From the NCBI GenBank assembly GCA_047602425.1, contig JASGHG010000001.1, positions 4,448,001-4,512,000 on the forward strand: a stretch of DNA of 64,000 nt. The letters are read 5' to 3'. The notes beneath the pieces were generated by a model. It worked only from the letters and a program-made list of their open reading frames with translations. It was not told the origin of the DNA and did no database searches. Source of the DNA: Nibricoccus sp. (lineage in GTDB: Bacteria; Verrucomicrobiota; Verrucomicrobiia; Opitutales; Opitutaceae). Below are positions 53,022 to 63,306 of the stretch, one piece after another. The translations under genes and the position numbers were made by a program. Positions within the stretch are counted from its first letter, which is position 1. Each line of letters starts with the position of its first letter.

Positions 53022-53945
53022 CTAGACCGCGACGTCGGCGCTGGGGAATTTCTGGCGAACGCGTTCGCGATAGAGCAGGTACAAGCCGGAACCGATGACG
53101 ATGAGGCCGCCGACGATCGTCCAGCGATCCGGGCTTTCGCCGAAAACCGTCAGGCTGAATGCGGTTGCACCGATGATTTGCGAATAGAAAAACGGTGCGA
53201 GCACGGAGGCCGGTGCGTGTCGGTGGGCGAGAATGAGCAGCCAGTGGCCGAACGCACCGAGCAGACCCAAACCAATCATCAGAAGCCATACGAGCGCGCT
53301 GTCGGGTGTTTTCCAATAGAAGAAGAGCAGGGGCGAAACGAGCACCGCGCCGAAAACGCTGGTGTAGAACATCGTGGTTTCGGAGGAGTCGGTTTTCGCG
53401 AGCTGGCGGGTGATGATGAGATAGAACGAATTCGAAACGGCGGCGGCCAGCGAGAGCAGCACGGCGGGTTGCAGTGCTTGGCCAAACGGGCGTGTTACGA
53501 TAAGCACACCAGCGAAACCGACCAACACAGCGATCAGACGGCGCGGTCCGATTTTTTCGCCGAGCATTGGCCCGGCGAGCAACGCGGTCATGAGCGGCGC
53601 AGAAAAGTTGATGGCGGTGACTTGGGTGAGCGGCAAATAGCGCAGGGCGATCCAGCAGCCTATGGTCATGCCGATCAAAGTCAGCGCACGTACGATTTGC
53701 AGCACGGGTTTTTGCGTCCGAAGGATCCCGGGCTTGGTTTTGGGGTTAAGAAAAAAGCCCACCACGACGAGGGTGACGAGGTAGCGCATGCCCGAGGTTT
53801 GCAGGGGATTAATGTGACGCGCCAACCACTTGGCAGACGCATCCATGCAACAGAAGCAAACGATCGCACCCATCAATATAAGAATGCCCGTCAAGGGACG
53901 GGAGGCTTGCGTGGTGGCGATCGTGGCAGCTGGCTTGGCGAACAT
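53022..53945 (-). CDS. DMT/EamA-family transporter
   Basis: About 10 TM segments, FSAPL...LGEKIG, LAPFFY. Confidence 0.85.
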   Translation of the reverse strand: MFAKPAATIATTQASRPLTGILILMGAIVCFCCMDASAKWLARHINPLQTSGMRYLVTLVVVGFFLNPKTKPGILRTQKPVLQIVRALTLIGMTIGCWIALRYLPLTQVTAINFSAPLMTALLAGPMLGEKIGPRRLIAVLVGFAGVLIVTRPFGQALQPAVLLSLAAAVSNSFYLIITRQLAKTDSSETTMFYTSVFGAVLVSPLLFFYWKTPDSALVWLLMIGLGLLGAFGHWLLILAHRHAPASVLAPFFYSQIIGATAFSLTVFGESPDRWTIVGGLIVIGSGLYLLYRERVRQKFPSADVAV

Positions 53946-54148
53946 GGGCGAACACGATGGGGAGCCGGCGTTTTTTATCCAATCAAATGCTAGTTTTCGT
54001 CAGCTAGCAGTTGATGGAATGAGTGTTGTGGTCACGAGAGCCGCACGAGAGGGCGGCGTTTCGGCGTGGCCGAGATTCGAGGCAAATTCGGCCGACGTGG
54101 AAGTCGGCTTTCCCTTTGTCGATCAAATCGCTCGTTTGATTTCGCGGC

Positions 54149-54466
54149 TTAGGAAAGGCTCGCGAGCAAGGCGCGGATTTCTCGTTCGGGTTCCTCGTGC
54201 TGTTGTTCAACGGCGAGGCGCAGGGCATCCTGGAGTTGCAGGCGCGCTTCGGGATTGCGGCCGAGTTCGAGCAGGATTTTGGCGAGAAGGATCCGCGGCA
54301 TCATCCAATCGGCTTTTTTGCGGACGCAGAATTTATATTGCTCAACCGCATCGAGGTACCGGTGTTCGGTGACGAGAGCTTGCGCGAGGCTGAAGCGGAA
54401 AAGCTCATTGTCCGGCTGTTGTGCAACGAGGCGGGCGAACGTGTCGGAGCGTTTTTCTTCGCCCAT
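54149..54466 (-). CDS. TPR-repeat protein
   Basis: PDNELFRFSLAQAL and LAKILLELGRNPEA TPR-like helices. Confidence 0.75.
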   Translation of the reverse strand: MGEEKRSDTFARLVAQQPDNELFRFSLAQALVTEHRYLDAVEQYKFCVRKKADWMMPRILLAKILLELGRNPEARLQLQDALRLAVEQQHEEPEREIRALLASLS

Positions 54467-54477
54467 ATGGCAATTGG

Positions 54478-55191
54478 TTAAACTTGGTCGACGACCACGA
54501 GCACGGCGGTGGCGTTGTCGAGTCCACCGCGCACGTTGGTGAGTTCAATCATGTCGTGGAGGATATCGGCCGGAGGATCGTTGCGAGCAAGATGTTCGGC
54601 GAGTTCTTCTTCGCGAAGGAGGCGGGTGATGCCATCGCTGCAAAAAAGGTAACGGTCCTTCGGCATCACGGTGCGGGTGGCGACGTCGACTTCAAGCGGT
54701 GTGGACTGGCCGATGCAGCGCGTCAGTGCATTGCGATGCTGTTCGTTGACCCAGATGAGTTCGCCTTTGGCGCGACGGGCTTTGGCTTCGTTTTCGACCG
54801 AATGATCGAGCGTGAGGCATTCGATGTCGCGTCCGCGCAGGAGATAACAACGGGAATCGCCGACGTGGGCGAGGCGGAGTTTGCCGTCGCGAAAAACGCC
54901 GTAAGTCAGGGTCGAACCAATTCCAAAATGGGGACTAAGACGAAAGCCGAGCTGGGCGACAGCGTGATTCGTTTCGAGGGTGATAAGTTCGAGGTCCGGT
55001 GGATTGCTGGAATTGCGGATGAGTTTTTTAATCAGATCCACCGCGCATTGAGCAGCTTCGGCACCGCCGGGCAAACCGCCCACACCATCGGCTACCCCGA
55101 AAAGGCACAACGACTCCTCGCAAAGGAGGCGGTCTTCATTCTGGCGGCGGATTCGGCCGATGTCGGTAAGGGCGGCGCTGCGAAGTTGCAT
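54478..55191 (-). CDS. PP2C-family Ser/Thr phosphatase
   Basis: GRIRRQNED, VADGVGG, HVGDSRCY, LFCSDG, GGLDNAT. Confidence 0.92.
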   Translation of the reverse strand: MQLRSAALTDIGRIRRQNEDRLLCEESLCLFGVADGVGGLPGGAEAAQCAVDLIKKLIRNSSNPPDLELITLETNHAVAQLGFRLSPHFGIGSTLTYGVFRDGKLRLAHVGDSRCYLLRGRDIECLTLDHSVENEAKARRAKGELIWVNEQHRNALTRCIGQSTPLEVDVATRTVMPKDRYLFCSDGITRLLREEELAEHLARNDPPADILHDMIELTNVRGGLDNATAVLVVVDQV

Positions 55192-55229
55192 GAATTGGTA
55201 TTAAGGGAGGACGCTAAGGGGCTATCGGC

Positions 55230-57296
55230 TCAACCGAAAGGCTTAAATAGCTCTTCGCGCGTTTCCCGTGTGATTTTTTCGAAGTTTTCCTTGGGCAGGC
55301 AGTTGAGAAAAAACCGTCCGTAGGGTTTGGCGAGCACGCGGGAATCGAGAACCGTCACGACGCCCCGGTCGGTTTTGGTGCGAATGAGCCGGCCAATGCC
55401 CTGGCGAAACTTAATCAAGGCGTCGGGCAAAGTGAGTTCGTTGAAAGGGTTGCCGCCTTGGTCGCGAATCCACTCGGTGCGCGCTTCCAAAACCGGATGC
55501 GAGGGCACTTCGAAGGGCAGGCGGGTCACAATCACCTGCGAAAGGGCGTCGCCCGGCACGTCGATTCCTGTCCAAAAACTGTCGGTGCCAAAAAGAACGG
55601 CGTTGCCGACCGCGCGCATTTTGCGGGCGAGCTCGGTGCGGGAGAAATCTCCGCCTTGCATCAGAAAAGGGCGGCGGGCTTTGGCAAAATCGACTTCGAG
55701 CGCATCGGCTACCTGCCGCATGTCGCTATAACTGGTGAATAGCACCAAGGAACCGCCCTTGTTGCGCAACGTGCAAAACCGCACGTAGTCGATCAGCACA
55801 TCGAGCGCGAGGCGGGCGTCGCGCGGCGAAGGCAACGGCACGTCACCGGCGACGTAGATGCGCATCACGCGTTCGAAATCGAACGGAGATTGTACCACGG
55901 ACGAGCGCACGTCTTCCGCTCCCACGCGGTGTTGAAACGGCTCGATTCGTCCGCCCATCGCGAGGGTTGCGCTCGTGAAAAGGACGGAAGTCTGACGTTG
56001 CAGCAGCTCTTCGCGCAAATAGGGCGCGACATCGATCGGCGCGCTGCGCAACGTGACAATCGTCTGGCGTTTGCCGGAGCGTTCGAGCCAGTAAACGTGT
56101 TTGTCGTCGGCGACGTGAAGAAATTGTCGCAGATTGGTTTGGTAGGTTTTGATTTTACCCGCCTGTTCGAGCAATTCGTCGCGTTCGCGACCATCGTCGA
56201 ATTTGTCGGCGATGGTGCGCACCGATTTGATGAGTTTGACCAGCGGACCATCGAGCCACGGCTCGGCAAAACCCTCTTCGCGCACGCGGACGAGCGGCTG
56301 CTTGTCGAGGAGTTTCTCGGCGAGAAAAGTGTAGAATTGTTCGGAGGCATCGAGCGCATCGACCACGAGCTGGCGATCCGCAGGGGAACCAAATTTTTGG
56401 AGTAAACCGCGTTTTGTTTTTGGGTTGAAAAGATGTTTCAACATCCGGTCGGTGCCGTAGCTGCTCACGCGGAGTCCAAAGTGATCCGTGGCGACTTCGG
56501 GCACCGTCTGGGCCTCGTCCAGCACGACGAAATCGTCGGGAAACAACACGCCGCGCGCGCTGCCTTTTTCGGCGGCGCCGCCGGCGTTGATGTGCGCGAA
56601 AAGAAGCGAATGGTTGACGATGATGACGTTGGCCTGCCGCAGGCGCCCCCGGGCTCGCTGGTAGAAACATTTTTCGCAGTCGCAGTATTTGCGCGAGCAG
56701 CTGGATGAATCGGCATTGATGAGATCCCACACATCCTGCGAAACGGCGGGCACGAGTTCGTGGCGCAAGCCAGTGGTTGTGGTTTCGGCCCAGGCGGCGA
56801 CGCGCTGAAGATCGTCGTGCTCGGGTGTGGCGAAGAGTTCCTGTTTGTCGCGCAGCGCGTGGGCGAGGCGCGTGGTGCAAAGGTAGTTCGATTTGCCGAC
56901 GAGGACGGCGCTCTTGAAATCCTTGTAGCGGGCGAGTTCGGGCGCTGTGGCGAAGACGCGACGGCACAACGGAAGGTCTTTTGTTTCGAGCTGTTCCTGC
57001 AAGGCGATGGTGTGGGTCGAAACGATGAGCTGACGGCTTTGGTCGATGGCGTGGACAAGTCCGGGCAGAAGATAGGCGAGGGATTTGCCGACGCCCGTGC
57101 CGGCCTCGAAGAGCAACGGCTCGTCAGCTTTCATCGCGGCGGCGGTGGCGAGCGCCATTTGCTCCTGTTGCGGGCGATGCTCGAGGCTCAGACCATCCTG
57201 AAGCCAGCCACCTTCGGCGAAAATGCGCGCAGTCAGCTCCGGCGCACGCGAGGGCGGCGCAGGCGGAGGAGTTGGGCCATCATTAAAACCGATCAT
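55230..57296 (-). CDS. DinG/YoaA-family ATP-dependent helicase
   Basis: EAGTGVGKS, Fe-S Cys residues, DEAQ, TSATL, LVLFTSY, FWTGID, QGIGRLIR. Confidence 0.92.
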   Translation of the reverse strand: MIGFNDGPTPPPAPPSRAPELTARIFAEGGWLQDGLSLEHRPQQEQMALATAAAMKADEPLLFEAGTGVGKSLAYLLPGLVHAIDQSRQLIVSTHTIALQEQLETKDLPLCRRVFATAPELARYKDFKSAVLVGKSNYLCTTRLAHALRDKQELFATPEHDDLQRVAAWAETTTTGLRHELVPAVSQDVWDLINADSSSCSRKYCDCEKCFYQRARGRLRQANVIIVNHSLLFAHINAGGAAEKGSARGVLFPDDFVVLDEAQTVPEVATDHFGLRVSSYGTDRMLKHLFNPKTKRGLLQKFGSPADRQLVVDALDASEQFYTFLAEKLLDKQPLVRVREEGFAEPWLDGPLVKLIKSVRTIADKFDDGRERDELLEQAGKIKTYQTNLRQFLHVADDKHVYWLERSGKRQTIVTLRSAPIDVAPYLREELLQRQTSVLFTSATLAMGGRIEPFQHRVGAEDVRSSVVQSPFDFERVMRIYVAGDVPLPSPRDARLALDVLIDYVRFCTLRNKGGSLVLFTSYSDMRQVADALEVDFAKARRPFLMQGGDFSRTELARKMRAVGNAVLFGTDSFWTGIDVPGDALSQVIVTRLPFEVPSHPVLEARTEWIRDQGGNPFNELTLPDALIKFRQGIGRLIRTKTDRGVVTVLDSRVLAKPYGRFFLNCLPKENFEKITRETREELFKPFG

Positions 57297-57385
57297 GACT
57301 GAGATTGAGTCTGATAACCATCGGTTTCATGCGAAGGAGCGCAATTGATATTTGCGCGGCATCGCGACTGCTCCATTTTGCGAGG

Positions 57386-59620
57386 ATGTCTACGAAGTCA
57401 GATCCGAACGTCAACTGGGCTGAAACTCTCGCGCAATTTCTGAGCGAACAACCCGGCATTGAGGCCGTGCGCATTGACGCCGGCACCCGAAAAATCGCCG
57501 TGGCGACCCTCGGCGAAGTGGACTACGTGCAATTGCAGGCGCGACTGGCGGAAACGATCAAGGCCATCGAGGACAAGCTCGCCAGCGCGGCGGAAGTGCC
57601 CGCAGGTTTTGCGGTGCGACAGGAAGGCAAGCTCACGGAAATGGCCGGCCTGACCTGCTCGACCGCGGCCGCGATGTGGAAATGGCGCGAATACGAATGG
57701 CCGCCGATCAACGCGGAGATCGAGGAAATCGAGGAGCCGGAATGGCGGGAACTCGCAGCTTTCGCGGCGGTGTGCGGCGTATTTGGCATTGCGGGTTTTG
57801 TGGTGGAAAAAATGGGCGTCGGTCCGGCATGGTTGGCGCATGCGCTGTACGGCGTGGCGTTGATTGCCGGCGGCTGGGACGCCACGGTCGACACTTGGGA
57901 GAACATCAAGCAGAAGAAACTCGACATTCATTTTCTCATGTTGGCGGTGGCGGTTGGTGCGGTTTGCATCGGCGCCTGGGGCGAGGCGGTGTTGCTGCTG
58001 TTTCTCTTTTCGTCGTCCGGCGCAATGGAGGACTACGCGATGGACCGCACGCAGCGCGAAGTCGGCTCCCTGCTGAAAACCGCGCCCAAGCAGGCTACGG
58101 TGGTGCGCAACGACGGACGCGAGCAACTGGTGAAGATTGAAGAAATCGGCATCGGCGATCGCGTGCGGGTGAAGCCCGGCGAGGCGTTTGCGGCCGACGG
58201 CGTTGTTTCGAAAGGCAAAAGCGCGGCCGACGAATCCGCGATCACAGGCGAAGCGCGGCCCGTTGAAAAAGCGGTCGGCGATCAAGTGTTCAGTGGCACA
58301 ATCAATCTCTGGGGCGCGGTCGATTTCGACGTGGCGCGTTTGCCGTCGGAAAGTACGCTGCAAAAGATCATCCGTCTGATTCAGACGGCGCAAAAACTTC
58401 GCGCGCCGAGCGAACGTTTCACCGACCGGTTTGGCGGCGGCTATACGTTCGTGGTCTTGGGCGTGTGCGCCGTGATGTTTTTCATCTGGTGGCTGGGCTT
58501 CCATGTTTCGCCGTTCACCAGTGTCGAAGGCTCGCGCTCGGCTTTCTACCGCGCAATGACGCTCCTCGTCGTCATGAGCCCGTGCGCGCTCGTGTTGTCG
58601 ATTCCATCGGCCATTCTCGCGGCGATTGCGTGGGGCGCGAAGCACGGCGTGCTTTTCCGCGGCGGAGCGGCGATCGAAAAACTCGCCGAGATCAAAGTCG
58701 TGGCGCTCGACAAAACCGGCACGCTTACGACCGGCGAACTCGATGTGGTCGGTCACGAAAGTTATCCTCCTGGTCGCGAACATCAGGTGTTGGAACTGGC
58801 GTATGCGCTCGAAGTGAAATCGCAGCATCCGCTGGCTCGCGCCATCGTGCGCCATGCGAAGGCGAACGGTGTCAAAGAACTGGATACCGACGATTTTCAA
58901 TCGCTCACCGGTCAGGGCGTGCGCGGCACGATCGATGGCGCGCAATGCTTGCTCGGCCGCCGTGAGTTGCTCGAAAGCGGTCCGCTGGCCGAATGGGCCA
59001 AGGCCTTGCCGCCCGCGCCGCCCGAAATGAGCGAGGTCTGGGTCATCGGCCGGGATTTGGTCGGTCGCATTCTCTTGCGCGACCAGATACGCGCGGAATC
59101 AAAAGAGGTTTTGACCAAACTGAAAGCCGCTGGGATTCGTTCGGTGATGTTGACGGGCGACCGTCGTCACGCGGCCGAAAGCGTGGCCAAGGAACTCGGT
59201 CTCGACGAAGTGCGCGCGGGTTTGACACCCGAAGGCAAAGTCGAGGCGATCCAGTCCTTCCGCGCTGGCGGCAAAAAAGTCGCCATGGTGGGCGACGGTG
59301 TGAATGACGCGCCGAGTTTGGCGGCGTCGGATGTTTCGGTGGCAATGGGCGCGCGCGGCAGCGATGCGGCTTTGGAGCAGGCCGAAGTCATCCTGATGCA
59401 CGATCGAATCGAGAACTTTCTCGCGGCGTTGCGGCTGAGTCTGCGCGCCCGGACAATCATCAGGCAAAATCTCGCGATCTCGCTCGGTGTGGTGGTGCTG
59501 ATGGCGATCGCGTCGATCTTTGGCATCGTACCGCTCGGCGTCGGTGTCGCCGCACATGAAGGCAGCACGGTCGTGGTTTGCCTGAATTCGTTGCGATTGC
59601 TCTTCGGTAAAAATCGCTGA
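57386..59620 (+). CDS. Heavy-metal P1B-type ATPase (P1B-4 signature)
   Basis: TGE, SPC, DKTGT, HP, GDGVND, HEGST. Confidence 0.9.
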   Translation: MSTKSDPNVNWAETLAQFLSEQPGIEAVRIDAGTRKIAVATLGEVDYVQLQARLAETIKAIEDKLASAAEVPAGFAVRQEGKLTEMAGLTCSTAAAMWKWREYEWPPINAEIEEIEEPEWRELAAFAAVCGVFGIAGFVVEKMGVGPAWLAHALYGVALIAGGWDATVDTWENIKQKKLDIHFLMLAVAVGAVCIGAWGEAVLLLFLFSSSGAMEDYAMDRTQREVGSLLKTAPKQATVVRNDGREQLVKIEEIGIGDRVRVKPGEAFAADGVVSKGKSAADESAITGEARPVEKAVGDQVFSGTINLWGAVDFDVARLPSESTLQKIIRLIQTAQKLRAPSERFTDRFGGGYTFVVLGVCAVMFFIWWLGFHVSPFTSVEGSRSAFYRAMTLLVVMSPCALVLSIPSAILAAIAWGAKHGVLFRGGAAIEKLAEIKVVALDKTGTLTTGELDVVGHESYPPGREHQVLELAYALEVKSQHPLARAIVRHAKANGVKELDTDDFQSLTGQGVRGTIDGAQCLLGRRELLESGPLAEWAKALPPAPPEMSEVWVIGRDLVGRILLRDQIRAESKEVLTKLKAAGIRSVMLTGDRRHAAESVAKELGLDEVRAGLTPEGKVEAIQSFRAGGKKVAMVGDGVNDAPSLAASDVSVAMGARGSDAALEQAEVILMHDRIENFLAALRLSLRARTIIRQNLAISLGVVVLMAIASIFGIVPLGVGVAAHEGSTVVVCLNSLRLLFGKNR

Positions 59621-59686
59621 CGGTTCTGCTCGGAGGCGGATGCTTTGTCCAAAGCGATTTCGCGTCTGTTCTAGCGGCGCGCTTTT

Positions 59687-59887
59687 TCAGGCCTTGGCGT
59701 TGAGTTTCTGGCCAACTTTTTGCGCGCGTTCAGTGGCTGACGCTTGCTCTGCGGAATCGGCTTTGGCGAGCGGATCGATGGACGGTTGGTAAGCCACCTT
59801 GGTCGCAGCTTTGCTTTTGGCCTGCTCGGCGGCGCCGAAATTTGCGGTGTAACTCGGAGAATATGATGCGGTGCTGTTAACTTGCAT
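59687..59887 (-). CDS. Small hypothetical protein (66 aa)
   Basis: MQVNSTASY...KVGQKLNAKA; co-oriented downstream of the kinase. Confidence 0.45.
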   Translation of the reverse strand: MQVNSTASYSPSYTANFGAAEQAKSKAATKVAYQPSIDPLAKADSAEQASATERAQKVGQKLNAKA

Positions 59888-59968
59888 GCGGGAAAAGTGC
59901 GAAGGTGTGCGCACATTTCCAATTTTTTCCACTGAGGTTGATTCCTCAGATTTGATAACAGGCGGCGT

Positions 59969-61777
59969 CTACGCCAAAGGCAGCGTGAGGCGCATCGTCG
60001 TGCCGGCGGGGCCGGTTTCTTGGAGCGCGATGTCGCCGTGGTGGCTGAGCAAAATGCGCTTCGCAATCGCGAGGCCGAGGCCGGTGCCGTCGGGGCGGCC
60101 GGAGAGGAACGAGTCGAAGATTTTTTCCCGCAGCGTTTCGGGCACGCCCCGACCGGTATCACGAATGTCAATACACACCACGCGTCCATTGGGCGCATCA
60201 CCGGTATGGCACGAAACCGCGATTTCACCGCCGTCGGGCATGGCTTGGGTGGAGTTGATGAGAAGGTTGAGCAGGACCTGCTGGATCTGTCCTTTGTGAA
60301 CGTCGACGACGAGCGGTTGCGAGGGATGATCGAAGCGAAGCGCGATTTTGCTCTGGGCGAGTTTCAGGCGGATCAGGATGAGCGTATCGTCGATGATATC
60401 GGTGATGGGCCAGCGTGAATGCAGACTCGACGGTGCTTTGGCAAAACTGAGCACGCGCGACACGATGGCTTCGAGTTGGTCGATTTTTTCGCTGATCACA
60501 CGGACGTCGGTCTTGCGTGGATCGCCTTCGTCGAAATCCAAGCCGAGGTTGAAATAGAGAAGCTTGATGACGGTGAGCGGGTTTCGGATCTCGTGTGCGA
60601 TTTCGGCGGCGAGCAGGCCCAAGGTGGTGAGCTGTTCGTTTTTGCGGAGGGATTCTTCGCTTTGGAAAACGCGGGTGTAGAGACGCGAGTTTTGCAGGGT
60701 GACGGCACCGAGGCTGGCGAGCGCGGCGATGAGGCGGCGTTCGTCGTTGTTGAAACGATGAATGTGATCGGTGAAAACGACGAGCACGCCGAGGACTTCC
60801 GACTCAAACGTGACAGGCGTCGCGAGCAGCGTGCGCAGGGCGGGATCGCGCGGAAGATCGAGGAGGTCGCGAAACTCCGGGCCTTGAATATTGGGAAATT
60901 CGAGCTGCTTGCGGGTGTGGATGACACCGGAAACGAAGCAGGAATCGGAAGGCAGATCCTGGCCGAGCACCTCGGAATTCGTGTTGGTGACGGAGGCTAG
61001 GCGGACAGATTGGTTCGGTTCGTTGTAAAGATAGAGGGCGCAGGCGCGGCACTGCATGATCTGGCGGGTGTCGCGGGTAAGAGCGTCGAAAAGTTCCTGC
61101 GGGCCGACCTTGGTGACGAGCGATTGGCCGATGGCAAGGAGGGATTCGAACTGGCGGGCTTTGTCACGCAAGTGACGCAGCTGCCAAAGGCGGGACATGA
61201 CAGCGGTGGCCTCCTGCGAGCAAAGAATGAGGAGCTGGAGGTCGGCTTCGTTGAAGGCGCCGACAGTGTCCTGGTCGACGTTGATGACGCCAATGGTCTG
61301 GCCATTGTCTTCCATTGGCACCGCCATTTCGGAACGGACCTCGGTGCGAATGGCGATATAACGTGGATCGGCTTTGACGTCGGCGATGAGCAAGGGCTTG
61401 CCGTGGAAGGCAACCCAGCCGGTGATGCCTTGCCCGAGGCGCAGACCCACTTCATCCGTTTCAGGAGGGAGACCTTGCTGGACCTCGATTTCGAGTTTCC
61501 CTGTGTCGGGATTAAGCAGGGCAATGGAACCCGAGGCTGCGTGGAGCGTGGCGATGATTTCGGCAAGGATCGAGCGGAGGGCGACGCGGGGATCCTCCGT
61601 GCGGCCGACAAGCGAGCTGATGCGATACAGGACAGGAAGGGTGCGCGGATCAAAAGAGCCGGGCAACGGTGCGGCGGGCAAGGGCGGGACGGAATTGCCG
61701 GTCGGAGAATTTTCCACACCGGCGATATGAACGGAAAGCGCGGGCGAGACGAGGATTTCCTGCTGGTTGTCCGCCAC
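59969..61777 (-). CDS. Two-GAF-domain sensor histidine kinase
   Basis: Two GAF domains, AHEIRNPL H-box, NLLINS, DTGRG, GTGLGL. Confidence 0.92.
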   Translation of the reverse strand: MADNQQEILVSPALSVHIAGVENSPTGNSVPPLPAAPLPGSFDPRTLPVLYRISSLVGRTEDPRVALRSILAEIIATLHAASGSIALLNPDTGKLEIEVQQGLPPETDEVGLRLGQGITGWVAFHGKPLLIADVKADPRYIAIRTEVRSEMAVPMEDNGQTIGVINVDQDTVGAFNEADLQLLILCSQEATAVMSRLWQLRHLRDKARQFESLLAIGQSLVTKVGPQELFDALTRDTRQIMQCRACALYLYNEPNQSVRLASVTNTNSEVLGQDLPSDSCFVSGVIHTRKQLEFPNIQGPEFRDLLDLPRDPALRTLLATPVTFESEVLGVLVVFTDHIHRFNNDERRLIAALASLGAVTLQNSRLYTRVFQSEESLRKNEQLTTLGLLAAEIAHEIRNPLTVIKLLYFNLGLDFDEGDPRKTDVRVISEKIDQLEAIVSRVLSFAKAPSSLHSRWPITDIIDDTLILIRLKLAQSKIALRFDHPSQPLVVDVHKGQIQQVLLNLLINSTQAMPDGGEIAVSCHTGDAPNGRVVCIDIRDTGRGVPETLREKIFDSFLSGRPDGTGLGLAIAKRILLSHHGDIALQETGPAGTTMRLTLPLA

Positions 61778-61899
61778 CCATGTTCCATCCGATCGTCAAT
61801 GGAGCGAAAACATAAAAACCAGAGTAACCTAATAGGTTACTTTGTCGGGATGAGGTTTCTCTGGTTTAAGAACGACTGTTTGTCGTTTTGCACGCTACT

Positions 61900-63288
61900 T
61901 CAGCGAGCGCCGCGACCGAAGAGGACGACGGGGAGGGTGGCGATCATGATTTTCAGATCGAGCCAGAGCGTCCATTGATCGATGTACGCGAGATCGAGGC
62001 GAACCCATTCGTCGAAGTCAGTGATGTCATTGCGACCGTTGACCTGCCAGAGACACGTAAGTCCGGGACGCACGCTGTGACGACGGCGATGGGCGTCGTC
62101 GCTGAATTTTTTAACCTCTTTCACAGGCAAGGGGCGTGGGCCCACGAGACTCATTTCGCCGCGAAGCACATTCCAAAGTTGTGGAAGTTCGTCGACGCTG
62201 TAGCGCCGGATGAAGCGGCCGATGGGCGTAATGCGCGGGTCTTTGGTGATTTTAAAGACGGGACCGGTCATTTCGTTGAAGGTGGCGAGACTGGCCTGTT
62301 CTTTTTCCGCGCCGGTGCGCATGGAGCGGAATTTGTACATGGTGAATGGTTTTCCATTCAGGCCGGCGCGGGTCTGTTTGAAAACGGCGGGGCCTTTCGA
62401 GGAAAATTTGATCAACGCTGCGATGACGAGAAGCGCGGGCCCGAGGAAAAGAAGCAGGAGGGCGGCGCCCACGATGTCGATGATGCGTTTGAACAACTGA
62501 TGGCTGGGCCGAACCGGCTGCGCGTGATAGTGGATGACCGGTTCGCCGGCGAACCAGTCGACACTCATGCCAAAGGGGCTGCGCGCAAAAACGCCCGGGC
62601 GGACGATAACCGTGACCCCTTCGCGTTCGCAGGTGGAAAGAATCGGAAGCAGCCGGCCGGTATCGAGGCCCGCCAGATTGAAGACCACGGCGTTGATCGA
62701 GTAATCGTGGAGGATGGCGATGAGTTGTTCAATCGACTCGGAACGCGGATCGAATTCGCTGATGCTTTCAATTTGTTCGCGTTCGTCAGCGGAGAGAGCC
62801 TCGCGCAGAAGTCGATTTTCCTCGGGCACGCCGACCCAGAGAATGCGTTGACGGTACTGGCTGCGCGCACGTGAGGTCGCGGCAAAATGGAGGAAGAGTT
62901 CGTGGCGAATGTAGCAGAGAAGTCCGCCGCAGGTGCACGCCAGGATGATAACAGAACGCGCAAAGTCGGCCCTAAAAAGGAACAGGAGCAGCACCATCGC
63001 GATCGTCGCGAAGGTGATGGCGCGCATAACCAGAAAGATATTGCTCCACCGGGAAATCACGCGTTGTTGGTGATAAAATCCCTGCTTCGAAAGCGTCGCG
63101 GGGCCAATGACCGCGATGGAAGGGAGCAACCAAAGGTATTTGCTGAATTCGCGCAGCGGGGCCAATTCGAAGTAGGTAAACGAAAGGGACGCGCGCAAAT
63201 AGTAGGCGCCGACAAGCGCGAGGATGAAGAGCAGTCCGTCGCTGATCTGCAAAAGTCGAATGCGGATCTGTCGAGTGGGTGTCAGCAA
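61900..63288 (-). CDS. Priming undecaprenyl-phosphate glycosyl-1-phosphate transferase (WcaJ-like)
   Basis: KRIIDI, MYKFRSM, DPRITPIG, DELPQLWNV..GEMSLVGPRP, RPGLT. Confidence 0.92.
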   Translation of the reverse strand: MLTPTRQIRIRLLQISDGLLFILALVGAYYLRASLSFTYFELAPLREFSKYLWLLPSIAVIGPATLSKQGFYHQQRVISRWSNIFLVMRAITFATIAMVLLLFLFRADFARSVIILACTCGGLLCYIRHELFLHFAATSRARSQYRQRILWVGVPEENRLLREALSADEREQIESISEFDPRSESIEQLIAILHDYSINAVVFNLAGLDTGRLLPILSTCEREGVTVIVRPGVFARSPFGMSVDWFAGEPVIHYHAQPVRPSHQLFKRIIDIVGAALLLLFLGPALLVIAALIKFSSKGPAVFKQTRAGLNGKPFTMYKFRSMRTGAEKEQASLATFNEMTGPVFKITKDPRITPIGRFIRRYSVDELPQLWNVLRGEMSLVGPRPLPVKEVKKFSDDAHRRRHSVRPGLTCLWQVNGRNDITDFDEWVRLDLAYIDQWTLWLDLKIMIATLPVVLFGRGAR

Positions 63289-63306
63289 GGGCGGGGAAGC
63301 GGATGG

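Noticed and set aside
57398..58945. 515-aa minus-strand ORF
   Set aside because: Antisense shadow of the P1B ATPase.
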